A stretch of DNA of 64,000 bases from a virus. Position 1 is the first letter of the stretch. Each line of letters begins with the position of its first letter. Shown here piece by piece: positions 29,341 through 37,140 of this stretch. The notes below the pieces were generated by a model, which saw only the letters and a list, made by a program, of their open reading frames with translations, was not told the origin of the DNA and searched no databases. The translations under genes were made by a program, and so were the position numbers. The DNA lies in the IMG/VR virus record IMGVR_UViG_3300045988_164982, one strand, 5' to 3'.

Positions 29341-29445
29341 AGTAAATACACTCCTTGTATGTAAAAGATTGATATTCAGCCTAAAGGCTTTACACTGCCC
29401 ACCAGATACAAATCTAATAGGCAGGTTAAAACTTTTAGGGTGGTA
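29341..29445 (-). repeat. Cassette-junction repeat class B, copy 2
   Basis: It is homologous to 27922-28040. The AGCC/GGCT hairpin here corresponds to an AGTC/GACT hairpin in copy 1, which is a compensatory change. Confidence 0.6.
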
Positions 29446-29979
29446 TCAGTACAACTCAATGTAACCACCAGCAGCAGGGATATAATGCCCCTCAATTTCA
29501 AGGTCGCGACCATAGGCCTCATAATCAAAGTACCGAAGTAAAAGGTCTATATCTTTGGAACGGTCACAACCGGGGCAGTTAAAATCTGCAATTACTTGAC
29601 GGGCTACATCTCCCATGTCGTCGCAATTGTCATAAAAGGTGTAGTTGTCGTCTTCTAGGATGGTCAAACCCTCCTCAATATTGCAGGAATACTCATAAAG
29701 AATAGCCTCAATAATCTCGTCGTCCTCGTCAATGTCTTCCAGCCGTTCTGCGACATCATTCACATGGTCATAAGAGGCGTACTCGCCAAAATTAACTGGG
29801 CTTTCCCAATCAGGGAAAAAGTACTCCTCGTGTTCGTCATCGCATCCAATGTCAGACAAAATCTCATTGAACTCATCAGAGGAAATAGGGAAGTCAATCC
29901 AACGGCCTTTATCAATGCCCTCGTTCCATAATCCCAGACAAGCGATATAACCACGGATAGCAATAGTATTGTTTTTCAT
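29446..29979 (-). CDS. ardA: ArdA-family antirestriction protein, a DNA mimic
   Basis: The N-terminus is IAIRGYIACLGLWNEGIDKGRWIDF. The protein is highly acidic, rich in D/E/Y. The start at 29979 has AAGGAGTGTATTATT upstream. Confidence 0.7.
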   Translation of the reverse strand: MKNNTIAIRGYIACLGLWNEGIDKGRWIDFPISSDEFNEILSDIGCDDEHEEYFFPDWESPVNFGEYASYDHVNDVAERLEDIDEDDEIIEAILYEYSCNIEEGLTILEDDNYTFYDNCDDMGDVARQVIADFNCPGCDRSKDIDLLLRYFDYEAYGRDLEIEGHYIPAAGGYIELY

Positions 29980-30016
29980 AATAATACACTCCTTTTTGAG
30001 ATACATAATCAGCATA

Positions 30017-30223
30017 TCAGCAGTTTTTCCACTTATTAGAAAACCACTCCCTATAAGCTACAATGTCGTCACCTTTATAGATGTACAAGGGTGTAAGCCG
30101 ACCAGCACACAAGCGACTTGCAAAGCGTTTGGCACTAGTCAAGGTCTTGCAATCAATATAGGAAGTGTTGGACGAGTAATTGTCTAATTCTTCTATGATA
30201 CGGAATACCATAATAAAAACCAC
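30017..30223 (-). CDS. hypothetical small protein
   Basis: CTGGAAAGGTGGTTTTTATT, the class A junction motif, precedes the ATG. Confidence 0.4.
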   Translation of the reverse strand: MVFIMVFRIIEELDNYSSNTSYIDCKTLTSAKRFASRLCAGRLTPLYIYKGDDIVAYREWFSNKWKNC

Positions 30224-30262
30224 CTTTCCAGAATCAGCCTAAAACGGCTGATTTTTTGCGTT

Positions 30263-30619
30263 TTAGTTTTTTGCGATGAAAAGCAACATGGAAATATTGA
30301 CTGTTTTGTATTGGGAGTAAAACCAGTCGTTAGGCTTGATATGGACGGTATAATTGTCATCTACATAGCTGAAAAGATGGTTAGATAAGTATTCAGCAAG
30401 GTCACAAACAGCCTGTGTCCTGTTGCAATTCATAGTAGTAACAAGCTCGTCAAGCTGTTCAGCATTAGCCTGTTTTAAGACTTTCGCAACCGCCAGCTCA
30501 TACATTGTCTCGGTATCAAATTCCATAATATCCACTCCTAAAAGACAAAGGCAGGTCAAAACACCGCCTTGAGACAAAAATTTTCTAAAACTGTCCACCA
30601 GTGGTGGAAAATAGGCCAA
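30263..30619 (-). CDS. hypothetical protein
   Basis: Open reading frame inside the island. Confidence 0.4.
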   Translation of the reverse strand: MAYFPPLVDSFRKFLSQGGVLTCLCLLGVDIMEFDTETMYELAVAKVLKQANAEQLDELVTTMNCNRTQAVCDLAEYLSNHLFSYVDDNYTVHIKPNDWFYSQYKTVNISMLLFIAKN

Positions 30620-30904
30620 TTTTCAGATGTTGCCTTGCCAGGAACGACTGACAAAGCAATCAGCAGGGAAAATCACCCTAAAAATGCTATCTAGCTATAA
30701 CAAAAAGTGCATAGCTGGGCAGCTAAAACCGGTAAAAGATGAATACCGAACACTCAATATTCATAAAGGATAACAAAAATCCCGCCTTTAGACTTTTCGC
30801 CTTGAAAAATATATAACAAAATTGTTATATTAATCCGTTAGGCGGGTAAAGAAGTCCACCCACAACCAAATTACCAGCAGGTAAAAGGCTAGATAGTATA
30901 ATTT

Positions 30905-31058
30905 TTTCATTCTAAAACCACCTTTCAAATGTTTATGTGCAAAGTTTACAAAATTTCATAGCTAACCATTCCAGATTTTGTGAAAGGTTAACAATCATGG
31001 TAAAAACCACTTATGATACCTATTACATTTTTGTAGGTAATAGGCATTTAAGAAGTTT
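30905..31058 (-). repeat. Cassette-junction repeat class A (other copies at 31326-31434 and 30224-30262)
   Basis: The unit is GCATTTAAGARGTTTT, then a hairpin, then TATCATAAGYGGTTTT, then GGAAAGGYGGTTTTWGAA-ATG. The hairpin stems differ in sequence between copies but stay complementary. Confidence 0.55.
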
Positions 31059-31325
31059 TTAATCATGGGGCATGGTAGGCAGATGACTGATGACTGGGGT
31101 AAAATACCCCTTGTTATAGTAGGCATCTACTTCTGCCATGCTATTGAACTCTATAGTCCAATCTTTTACAACTTGGCAAGAAAATCCGACATCACTCAGT
31201 AAACACCTATAGTCAACTACATACTTGTTTTTAATATGATACAAGTTTGCATGTATGCTGAGGGTCTTGCCGTTTTTCGTTTTTACAACGTTATGAGTAG
31301 CTATACAATCCTCTAGTTTACGCAT
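31059..31325 (-). CDS. hypothetical protein
   Basis: ORF flanked by class A junction repeats. Confidence 0.4.
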   Translation of the reverse strand: MRKLEDCIATHNVVKTKNGKTLSIHANLYHIKNKYVVDYRCLLSDVGFSCQVVKDWTIEFNSMAEVDAYYNKGYFTPVISHLPTMPHD

Positions 31326-31434
31326 TTCAAAAACCGCCTTTCCAGGATTTACAAATTTTCATTCACGGAATAAAACCGCTTATGATACCCACCGCCCAGC
31401 AAGGCGGTGAGCATTTAAGAGGTTTTATTTATCA
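31326..31434 (-). repeat. Cassette-junction repeat class A, copy 2
   Basis: It is homologous to 30905-31058 and has the CACCGCC...GGCGGTG hairpin. Confidence 0.55.
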
Positions 31435-31938
31435 TCAATTCCAATAGATTGCCCAAGCTCTTTCCCTTGCCAATTCCTCAAGCAGGTCGTGCTCTTTGTT
31501 GGCTACTAGGGCATTGATAATTTTTACATCTAACTCGGACGGTACGTTATTGATATAGCATATATACCAGCCCTTACCGCAACAAATATCATAAAGGTGA
31601 TTTAGGAGGGCGTGCTCACCATTGCCCCACATATCGTATATGGTTTGGTCAAAGTTATCGCCGTACATATCCATGAGGTCGTCAGCACACTCGATGTGAT
31701 CTCTCCATAAGATATAGTAATTAGAGTTACTGCTGATTATGCTTTTTTCAGCAGACAAGGTCAGCACACCAGCAAGCTGGTCGGCTGGATAGTAGTTAAT
31801 AGCGTTTGACCATGTATGACAAATATGTACATCACACTCCCGCTCGATTACCATCTCAACGGCAACTTGGCTGGCTTTTACGGCCTCAACCAGCTTTGCC
31901 TCAAAATCCCAGTATTCGCTATATGTATACTTCTCCAT
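31435..31938 (-). CDS. hypothetical protein (first gene of the reverse-strand island)
   Basis: RBS AAGGAGTGTTTCATT precedes the ATG. Confidence 0.4.
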   Translation of the reverse strand: MEKYTYSEYWDFEAKLVEAVKASQVAVEMVIERECDVHICHTWSNAINYYPADQLAGVLTLSAEKSIISSNSNYYILWRDHIECADDLMDMYGDNFDQTIYDMWGNGEHALLNHLYDICCGKGWYICYINNVPSELDVKIINALVANKEHDLLEELARERAWAIYWN

Positions 31939-31979
31939 AATGAAACACTCCTTTGTATTGCTTATTATTATTCTGACTA

Positions 31980-32430
31980 ATAGCCATTAGTCTGCCCTTT
32001 ACCTATGCGGGTAATGAGCAGGTAAAGGCTACAAGGTCGGCAGGGAATACACCGCTCCGCCATGACATTATGGCAGTGTACTTTGCTGATAGTATGCCAC
32101 ATATCACACCGCCAGCTGTAGCAAGCTAGCTATGGCATACCGTTTCTGTCAGCGTGTCCGCTACATCATCATAGCGGGTGGGCGTACTACACCTGTAGCA
32201 CGACTTTGAGCTGTATGCGGTTTTCAAGGTACAACCGTTCCTTGCAGGTGGCTTACACCTGTGGGTAGACTACTCCCTGTCCTGCCTCCTATTTCAGGAC
32301 GACTTTAATACATCTATTTGTTCGCTTTTGTTTGGCGGTTGCGACTCCGCCTGTACGGTACACGCCCCGCACGGTTGGCGGTCTAGGGGGTAGGCTTTCA
32401 ACTTTGTTCCTGTTCCCCTTGACAATTATA
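31980..32430. other. GC-rich, hairpin-dense ORF-free segment; candidate structured ncRNA or single-strand DNA element
   Basis: It contains many 6-10 bp inverted repeats, for example GCCCTTTACCT...AGGTAAAGGC, CCGCTA...TAGCGG, GTCCTG...CAGGAC and CCGCC...GGCGG. There are TACACCTGT direct repeats. Its composition differs from the AT-rich flanks. Confidence 0.35.
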
Positions 32431-32666
32431 TTATAACTCTACACCTATATAATGTCAATACTTTTTATATATTTTTTGGCAGCCTGTGTGTATTTTTTAT
32501 GTGGCGTTTTGTATTTTACCAGAGGTCAAGCGGATGTTTGCTCGGTACTGCCCTGGGAGCTACGCTAGGGAATTGCATGGTCTAGCTCTAAAATTTTTCC
32601 CAAATTTGAAATCCATTTGTGCAAGGTTAATCAACTGCGTTTTGTATAAAAATCTACAAAAAATCA

Positions 32667-32695
32667 TTGATAACAACACTATAATATGGTATTAT
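32667..32695 (+). promoter_or_regulatory. Sigma-70-type promoter, TTGATA-N17-TATTAT
   Basis: The -35 and -10 hexamers lie about 40 nt upstream of the RHH gene start at 32737. Confidence 0.5.
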
Positions 32696-32736
32696 ACATA
32701 TAAAAGGTATGTACAGTATTTATAGGAGGACAAAAG

Positions 32737-33327
32737 ATGGCGGTAGTAAAGGAAACAAGCATACAAATTAGGATGAGCGAAGATGAAAAAGCCATATTAA
32801 AGGCATTAGCTGAACAAAAGGGGCTTACATTATCAGACTTTGTACGCAGCGTATGTAAGCAGACAGTTATTAATAGCATGAGTGGCAGTTGCAACCTACA
32901 GGATAGGGAAGAAAGCGGCCAAATCACAAATAAGAATGATGTGAACCTAGGTGAGAAAAATCTAACACTTTTAGGAGGGGACGATTGGGTAGCATATTCT
33001 TTTAATACCACGAAGAATACGAGTGAGATTCTGAACGCTGTTGCTAAAGCTAACAACACAACAGCCAATAAAATGATAAGAACACTGCTATTAGCATGGC
33101 TAAGGGGAAAGACGAACAATGAGAATAGTGGAGTAGGAAGTATTTCTATATCCCCTAGAAAAAGAGGAGAAAAAAACTCGGTCACTATCGGTCTTACCTT
33201 GACTAAGAATGACAGAGAAGCAATTTTAGGCTATTTAGCACAGTCAGGAGATAAACTTACTGGACTGCTAGATACCCTGATAGACACCTATGTGAAACCA
33301 CAGCACAATGAACTGAAAGGGGAGTAG
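32737..33327 (+). CDS. Tandem ribbon-helix-helix DNA-binding protein
   Basis: There are two RHH-like units, IQIRMSEDEKAILKALAEQKGLTLSDFVRSV and SVTIGLTLTKNDREAILGYLAQSGDKLTGLLDTLI. Confidence 0.5.
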   Translation: MAVVKETSIQIRMSEDEKAILKALAEQKGLTLSDFVRSVCKQTVINSMSGSCNLQDREESGQITNKNDVNLGEKNLTLLGGDDWVAYSFNTTKNTSEILNAVAKANNTTANKMIRTLLLAWLRGKTNNENSGVGSISISPRKRGEKNSVTIGLTLTKNDREAILGYLAQSGDKLTGLLDTLIDTYVKPQHNELKGE

Positions 33328-33332
33328 CAACC

Positions 33333-34922
33333 ATGATTAAGAAAGCAATCACCCTAGCAGTGGTATTAGTTATGCTGATGGCAAGCCAATGTTATGCAAA
33401 GAAAACAGCTCTAACGAATTTTGAATTAGATGAACTAGCACGACACATAGAAATAAACCTAAGCAGCATGGGTATGAGAGCACATTTCATTCAGGACAAT
33501 CCGAACGAAATGACTTTAACCCTAGAAGCTAGTAAGTATAAGTTCGTCACAGTCAAAAATAGTAATGGTACATTGCAAAACCTTATCTGGTATGATATTG
33601 GTGGCTCTGCTGCTGGTAAAGATATTCTCTCTATGCTAAATGAGAGTATTTTCGCAACTATCGGTTTCCCAAAAGAAGATAGGATAGAAAGCAACCCTGT
33701 TAATAATCGCCGTATAGGAGTAACGACATGGAATATACGCTCAAAACGATTGAAGCAGGAACTGCTTTACCAGGTAAAATATGACAGCAAAAATAATCGA
33801 ACGCTGTTTTCGCTTGGGAATGAACCTATAGATTCTGCATTGAACAGCATACAGCTAGCGGAAAATACTAACAACTTGATAGGTTTTGGAATTGACGAAT
33901 ATATCAAACATTTACAAATAAATCTTAATGGTAGAGGTATTACAAGTGAAATTAGTAAAAATAGTCAAAATGATATTGATGTTACCGTAAAAAATCAAAA
34001 AAGTGGATTTTCTACTTATAGAATGATTGCCAAAACAAAAAACAATGGCTCAATAGGAGGTGTCGTTTGGTATTTAAAAACTGGCAATCCCACAGTTTAT
34101 GAAGATATGGATTTTATCAGAAGCATATGCGATACTTTAGAAATAGAGTCTAATAGCGTCCACACATTTGCTTTTGGCTCTCATTTACAGCGTATAGGCG
34201 ATGGAGTATTTGTAGGTAGTTTCTTAGATAAACAAAAGGGGTATTCAATAAGATATGGAAATCGTTATAATGGTGACATTATCATTAGAGGAATAGTCTG
34301 CGAACCTATAAATTTAAATGATTTATGGTATGATATTGATGGCTTGGAAGAATCTACAGAAAGCTACGATGAAAAAATATTTAAGCAGGAAATTGAAGAA
34401 CTATCAGTGCTAAGTCGGCATGGAGCACAAGCAATCTATGAACAATTGCCTACTATATATCACGACACTCCAGATTATAAACTGACAGAGCTGCATACAA
34501 GGGACAACAAGACCTACATTTGTACTGCATACTATAAAGATTCATCGTGCGATATTTACTTCACGCAGAATGATAAAGGAAAGCTTGATACCGCAGCTAT
34601 AATGTTTGATAGTGATGACAAGCGGGATGCTGCCATAGCAAGCTATGGTAAAATCACTATGGCTATCGGAATGTCAACAGCGGATGCATTAAATTTACAT
34701 GCTAATGCAATACATAATGCTGAACAACGACTTTATGTACAAAAACTAGCTGGAAATACTATAATGCATGGGTTAAGCGATATGTATGATAGTAGTAGAA
34801 AGCATTTCTCTTTAATGTTTGCATATGATGAAATAGCTAAGAAGTTTAGTCTTTTGCTTGGGGTTATTGCCCCATCACCTAGTGAAATAGCGGATTATCG
34901 CAATGAATTAGGTATGAATTAA
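33333..34922 (+). CDS. Secreted 529-aa protein with internal repeats (moron)
   Basis: The signal peptide is MIKKAITLAVVLVMLMASQCYA. There are two related ~150-aa modules, IEINLSSMGMRAHFIQDNPNEMTLTL and HLQINLNGRGITSEISKNSQNDIDVTV. Confidence 0.5.
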   Translation: MIKKAITLAVVLVMLMASQCYAKKTALTNFELDELARHIEINLSSMGMRAHFIQDNPNEMTLTLEASKYKFVTVKNSNGTLQNLIWYDIGGSAAGKDILSMLNESIFATIGFPKEDRIESNPVNNRRIGVTTWNIRSKRLKQELLYQVKYDSKNNRTLFSLGNEPIDSALNSIQLAENTNNLIGFGIDEYIKHLQINLNGRGITSEISKNSQNDIDVTVKNQKSGFSTYRMIAKTKNNGSIGGVVWYLKTGNPTVYEDMDFIRSICDTLEIESNSVHTFAFGSHLQRIGDGVFVGSFLDKQKGYSIRYGNRYNGDIIIRGIVCEPINLNDLWYDIDGLEESTESYDEKIFKQEIEELSVLSRHGAQAIYEQLPTIYHDTPDYKLTELHTRDNKTYICTAYYKDSSCDIYFTQNDKGKLDTAAIMFDSDDKRDAAIASYGKITMAIGMSTADALNLHANAIHNAEQRLYVQKLAGNTIMHGLSDMYDSSRKHFSLMFAYDEIAKKFSLLLGVIAPSPSEIADYRNELGMN

Positions 34923-34928
34923 ATCGCA

Positions 34929-35020
34929 ACCCATAAAAATGTGATAAACCCAGCCAAATAACCCATAAAAATGTGATTGACATATGCCAAACAATGCATG
35001 ATAATGTGATTAAAGGAGGG
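34929..35020 (+). promoter_or_regulatory. Direct-repeat operator and promoter of the toxin-antitoxin pair
   Basis: ACCCATAAAAATGTGAT occurs twice, with a third ATGTGAT copy. They flank a TTGACA box. Confidence 0.4.
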
Positions 35021-35027
35021 GATAAAA

Positions 35028-35687
35028 ATGAGAGATGCTTATGATTTTGCCAAGTATTTTATAAAGAACGGCTATGATTCCAATCCAAACACATACGATG
35101 GAAACATGAAACTTCAAAAAATGTTGACATTCGCAAATGCTATAAGCCTTGCAGAATACGGCAGCCCCCTGTTCAATGATAAAATATTAGCTTTTACTAA
35201 TGGCTGTGTTGTAGAAAAGGTCAGACTGAGATATAGGAATGATTATAAGGGTTTAAAACGAGATAGCGATGTATTTCAGCCAGATTTTACAGAGCAGGAA
35301 TACGATGTACTGAATTTGACTGTAGGAATATTCGGCAAGGAAAGTGCCGTGACATTATCCAATGTCAATCACGAGTTCAGTTTTTGGAATGAACCATATC
35401 ATAGAGGCATGGTCAATGATAGCTATCATGACAAAGAAAAATCAGTTGTTAATATGGAGGATTATCCCAAAGATATATCCGTGATAAAAGGTATGATTGA
35501 TATATACAGACAAAATCATAAAGATAGTAATAAGAGTGAGCTAATAAACGGCATTACTTTTTACTATGATGGTTTTGAGCTGACCGACAGCATTGTCCAT
35601 GAGCTTGCAGAGTTTGCACTGTCTGGGGAGGCAGAGGATAGTTCTTATACGGTCTGCCTTGATGATGGAGAGCTGGTGATTTACTGA
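35028..35687 (+). CDS. Panacea-domain (GepA/DUF4065/SocA-like) antitoxin-type protein
   Basis: The N-terminus is AYDFAKYFIKNGYD...NMKLQKMLTFANAISLAEYGSPLFND, which is the GepA/Panacea signature. Confidence 0.65.
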   Translation: MRDAYDFAKYFIKNGYDSNPNTYDGNMKLQKMLTFANAISLAEYGSPLFNDKILAFTNGCVVEKVRLRYRNDYKGLKRDSDVFQPDFTEQEYDVLNLTVGIFGKESAVTLSNVNHEFSFWNEPYHRGMVNDSYHDKEKSVVNMEDYPKDISVIKGMIDIYRQNHKDSNKSELINGITFYYDGFELTDSIVHELAEFALSGEAEDSSYTVCLDDGELVIY

Positions 35688-36046
35688 TGGAATTGAAAGC
35701 AGGTCACATCGTCAAAGGCAAACTTCCTTTTCGAGATGGCAAAATACCATTGTATAGCAGACCTTATCTGATTGTGAAAATAGATTGCGATACAGTGGAT
35801 TTGCTAAATATATCATCTACAGACGGCAAGGAATGGAAACTGGCCATGAAATCAAATATGGCTATAGTAAATTACGATCCACCACTAAACAAGCCATCGT
35901 TTGTTAAACTTGATTCGCGCATAACAGTTCCATTGGAAAAGGTATGTAGTCTAAAGTTATGGGGTTCGCAGCCGTTATGTGAAAGTGAATTAGTGAAAAT
36001 AATCAATGCCCTAGAGGTATTTGAAGTAGATGAAACAGAAAAATAA
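35687..36046 (+). CDS. MazF/PemK-like putative toxin
   Basis: It has an ATGA overlap with the Panacea gene. The protein is 119 aa. GHIVKGKLPFRDGKIPLYSRPYLIV parallels the MazF/Kid pattern GD/EIW...P..G.E....RP.LV. The C-terminal D.RIT....KV..... pattern also matches. Confidence 0.4.
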   Translation: MELKAGHIVKGKLPFRDGKIPLYSRPYLIVKIDCDTVDLLNISSTDGKEWKLAMKSNMAIVNYDPPLNKPSFVKLDSRITVPLEKVCSLKLWGSQPLCESELVKIINALEVFEVDETEK

Positions 36047-36130
36047 CCCGCAATTTGCCCAACTTCCCCGAATGATGTACAATAACTTCATAAATTTCCT
36101 TTCAGCGCACTTAGCGGAAATACTAAGCAT

Positions 36131-36170
36131 AAGACCACCCAGAGTATCTTTTGGGTGGTCTTTGTGTTGT
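36131..36170. terminator. Bidirectional terminator
   Basis: The stem AAGACCACCCA...TGGGTGGTCTT is followed by TTTGTGTT. Confidence 0.6.
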
Positions 36171-36197
36171 GTACTCCTTTCTTTAGAGGTTGGAATA

Positions 36198-36893
36198 TTA
36201 ATTTGTACCCAGCAGCAATCTAAATGCTTCCTTACCTTTCGGAGTAATTAATGTTTGTGTGCCAGCCCATTTGCCTGTTTGGGACTTACTGTCCTTGATG
36301 TGGAAATAATCTGTGTATTTGGAGTAGGGCTGTAGGCTTCCTTTTTTATCACGATAGACAAACTTGTTGTCCAGAAGCCAGCTGATGAATTGATTTTGCT
36401 TGATGTGCAATTCCTTGGCTGTGGTTCGGAAATTAGTCAGCAAATTTCGGTCTACCAAGACATCAAAATATTCCGCCTTTGGTTTCATAGCTTGGTTTTC
36501 GACTAATAATTTTTGGTTCTTCTCGTATTCGTCTGCCAGGGCACGCAATGCTGATGGATAATCTTTAGGCATGATTGAATAGCTACCAGTTTTGCGGATA
36601 GATGGAAGTATTTCATCGGCAAGTAGAGCCTGAAATTTTTGAGCTGTTTCATTGCTTGCTTTAAAACCCAAGCGATAAACCATGTTTTCAGGGAGGAAAT
36701 TATCTTTCCCCACTTGTGGGGAAAAACCAAACTCACTTAAATAGTCATTGACTCTATCCCAACGAACATATTCAACCCCACTTTTAAACTGTGTAAATCC
36801 CCAGCCTCTTGCAACATCTTCAGCATTAAGCATTGCCGTTCCATCTTCTGTAATATACCCACGAACATTTTTAATAGTTATTAATTCGTTCAT
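36198..36893 (-). CDS. Antirepressor-like protein with Bro-N and KilA-C domains
   Basis: The N-terminus is MNELITIKNVRGYITEDGTAMLNAEDVARGWGF, which is Bro-N. The C-terminus is KilA-C-like. The ORF-track extension to 37055 is probably not translated. Confidence 0.6.
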   Translation of the reverse strand: MNELITIKNVRGYITEDGTAMLNAEDVARGWGFTQFKSGVEYVRWDRVNDYLSEFGFSPQVGKDNFLPENMVYRLGFKASNETAQKFQALLADEILPSIRKTGSYSIMPKDYPSALRALADEYEKNQKLLVENQAMKPKAEYFDVLVDRNLLTNFRTTAKELHIKQNQFISWLLDNKFVYRDKKGSLQPYSKYTDYFHIKDSKSQTGKWAGTQTLITPKGKEAFRLLLGTN

Positions 36894-37140
36894 AATAAAG
36901 TCCTTTCTATACTGTGAAAACCCAAATTTAGTTTCTAATCTATTACCTCCTGATGTTTTACTCATTTTTGAGTAAAAGACATCTACCTGATTACTCGTCA
37001 CAGTGACGAGTAATATAATCGCAAGAAATATCAGTAAAACCAGCACCATCAACACGGAGGACTTTTTTGTCCACTGTTGTATAATCTATATTAACTAAAT
37101 TACATTGCTTTCCATGTTTATCACCCTTTCGGTATCTTAG

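Noticed and set aside
29980-30015. 12-aa N-terminal extension MLIMYLKKECII on ArdA, and the similar extension to 37055 on the Bro gene at 36198
   Set aside because: Internal ATGs have better RBS context and coincide with the conserved starts of the domains.
31980-32430. Group II intron or retron ncRNA interpretation of the GC-rich structured segment
   Set aside because: No domain-V consensus hairpin with an AGC triad was recognisable. No reverse transcriptase ORF is nearby. It is kept only as a generic structured element.
32486-32725. 79-aa plus-strand ORF in the intergenic region
   Set aside because: It overlaps the predicted promoter of the RHH gene. Its composition is rich in Cys, Tyr and Phe and it has no RBS. 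It is probably spurious.
36030-36251. 73-aa plus-strand ORF after the MazF-like gene
   Set aside because: It runs through a strong bidirectional terminator hairpin and has no RBS.
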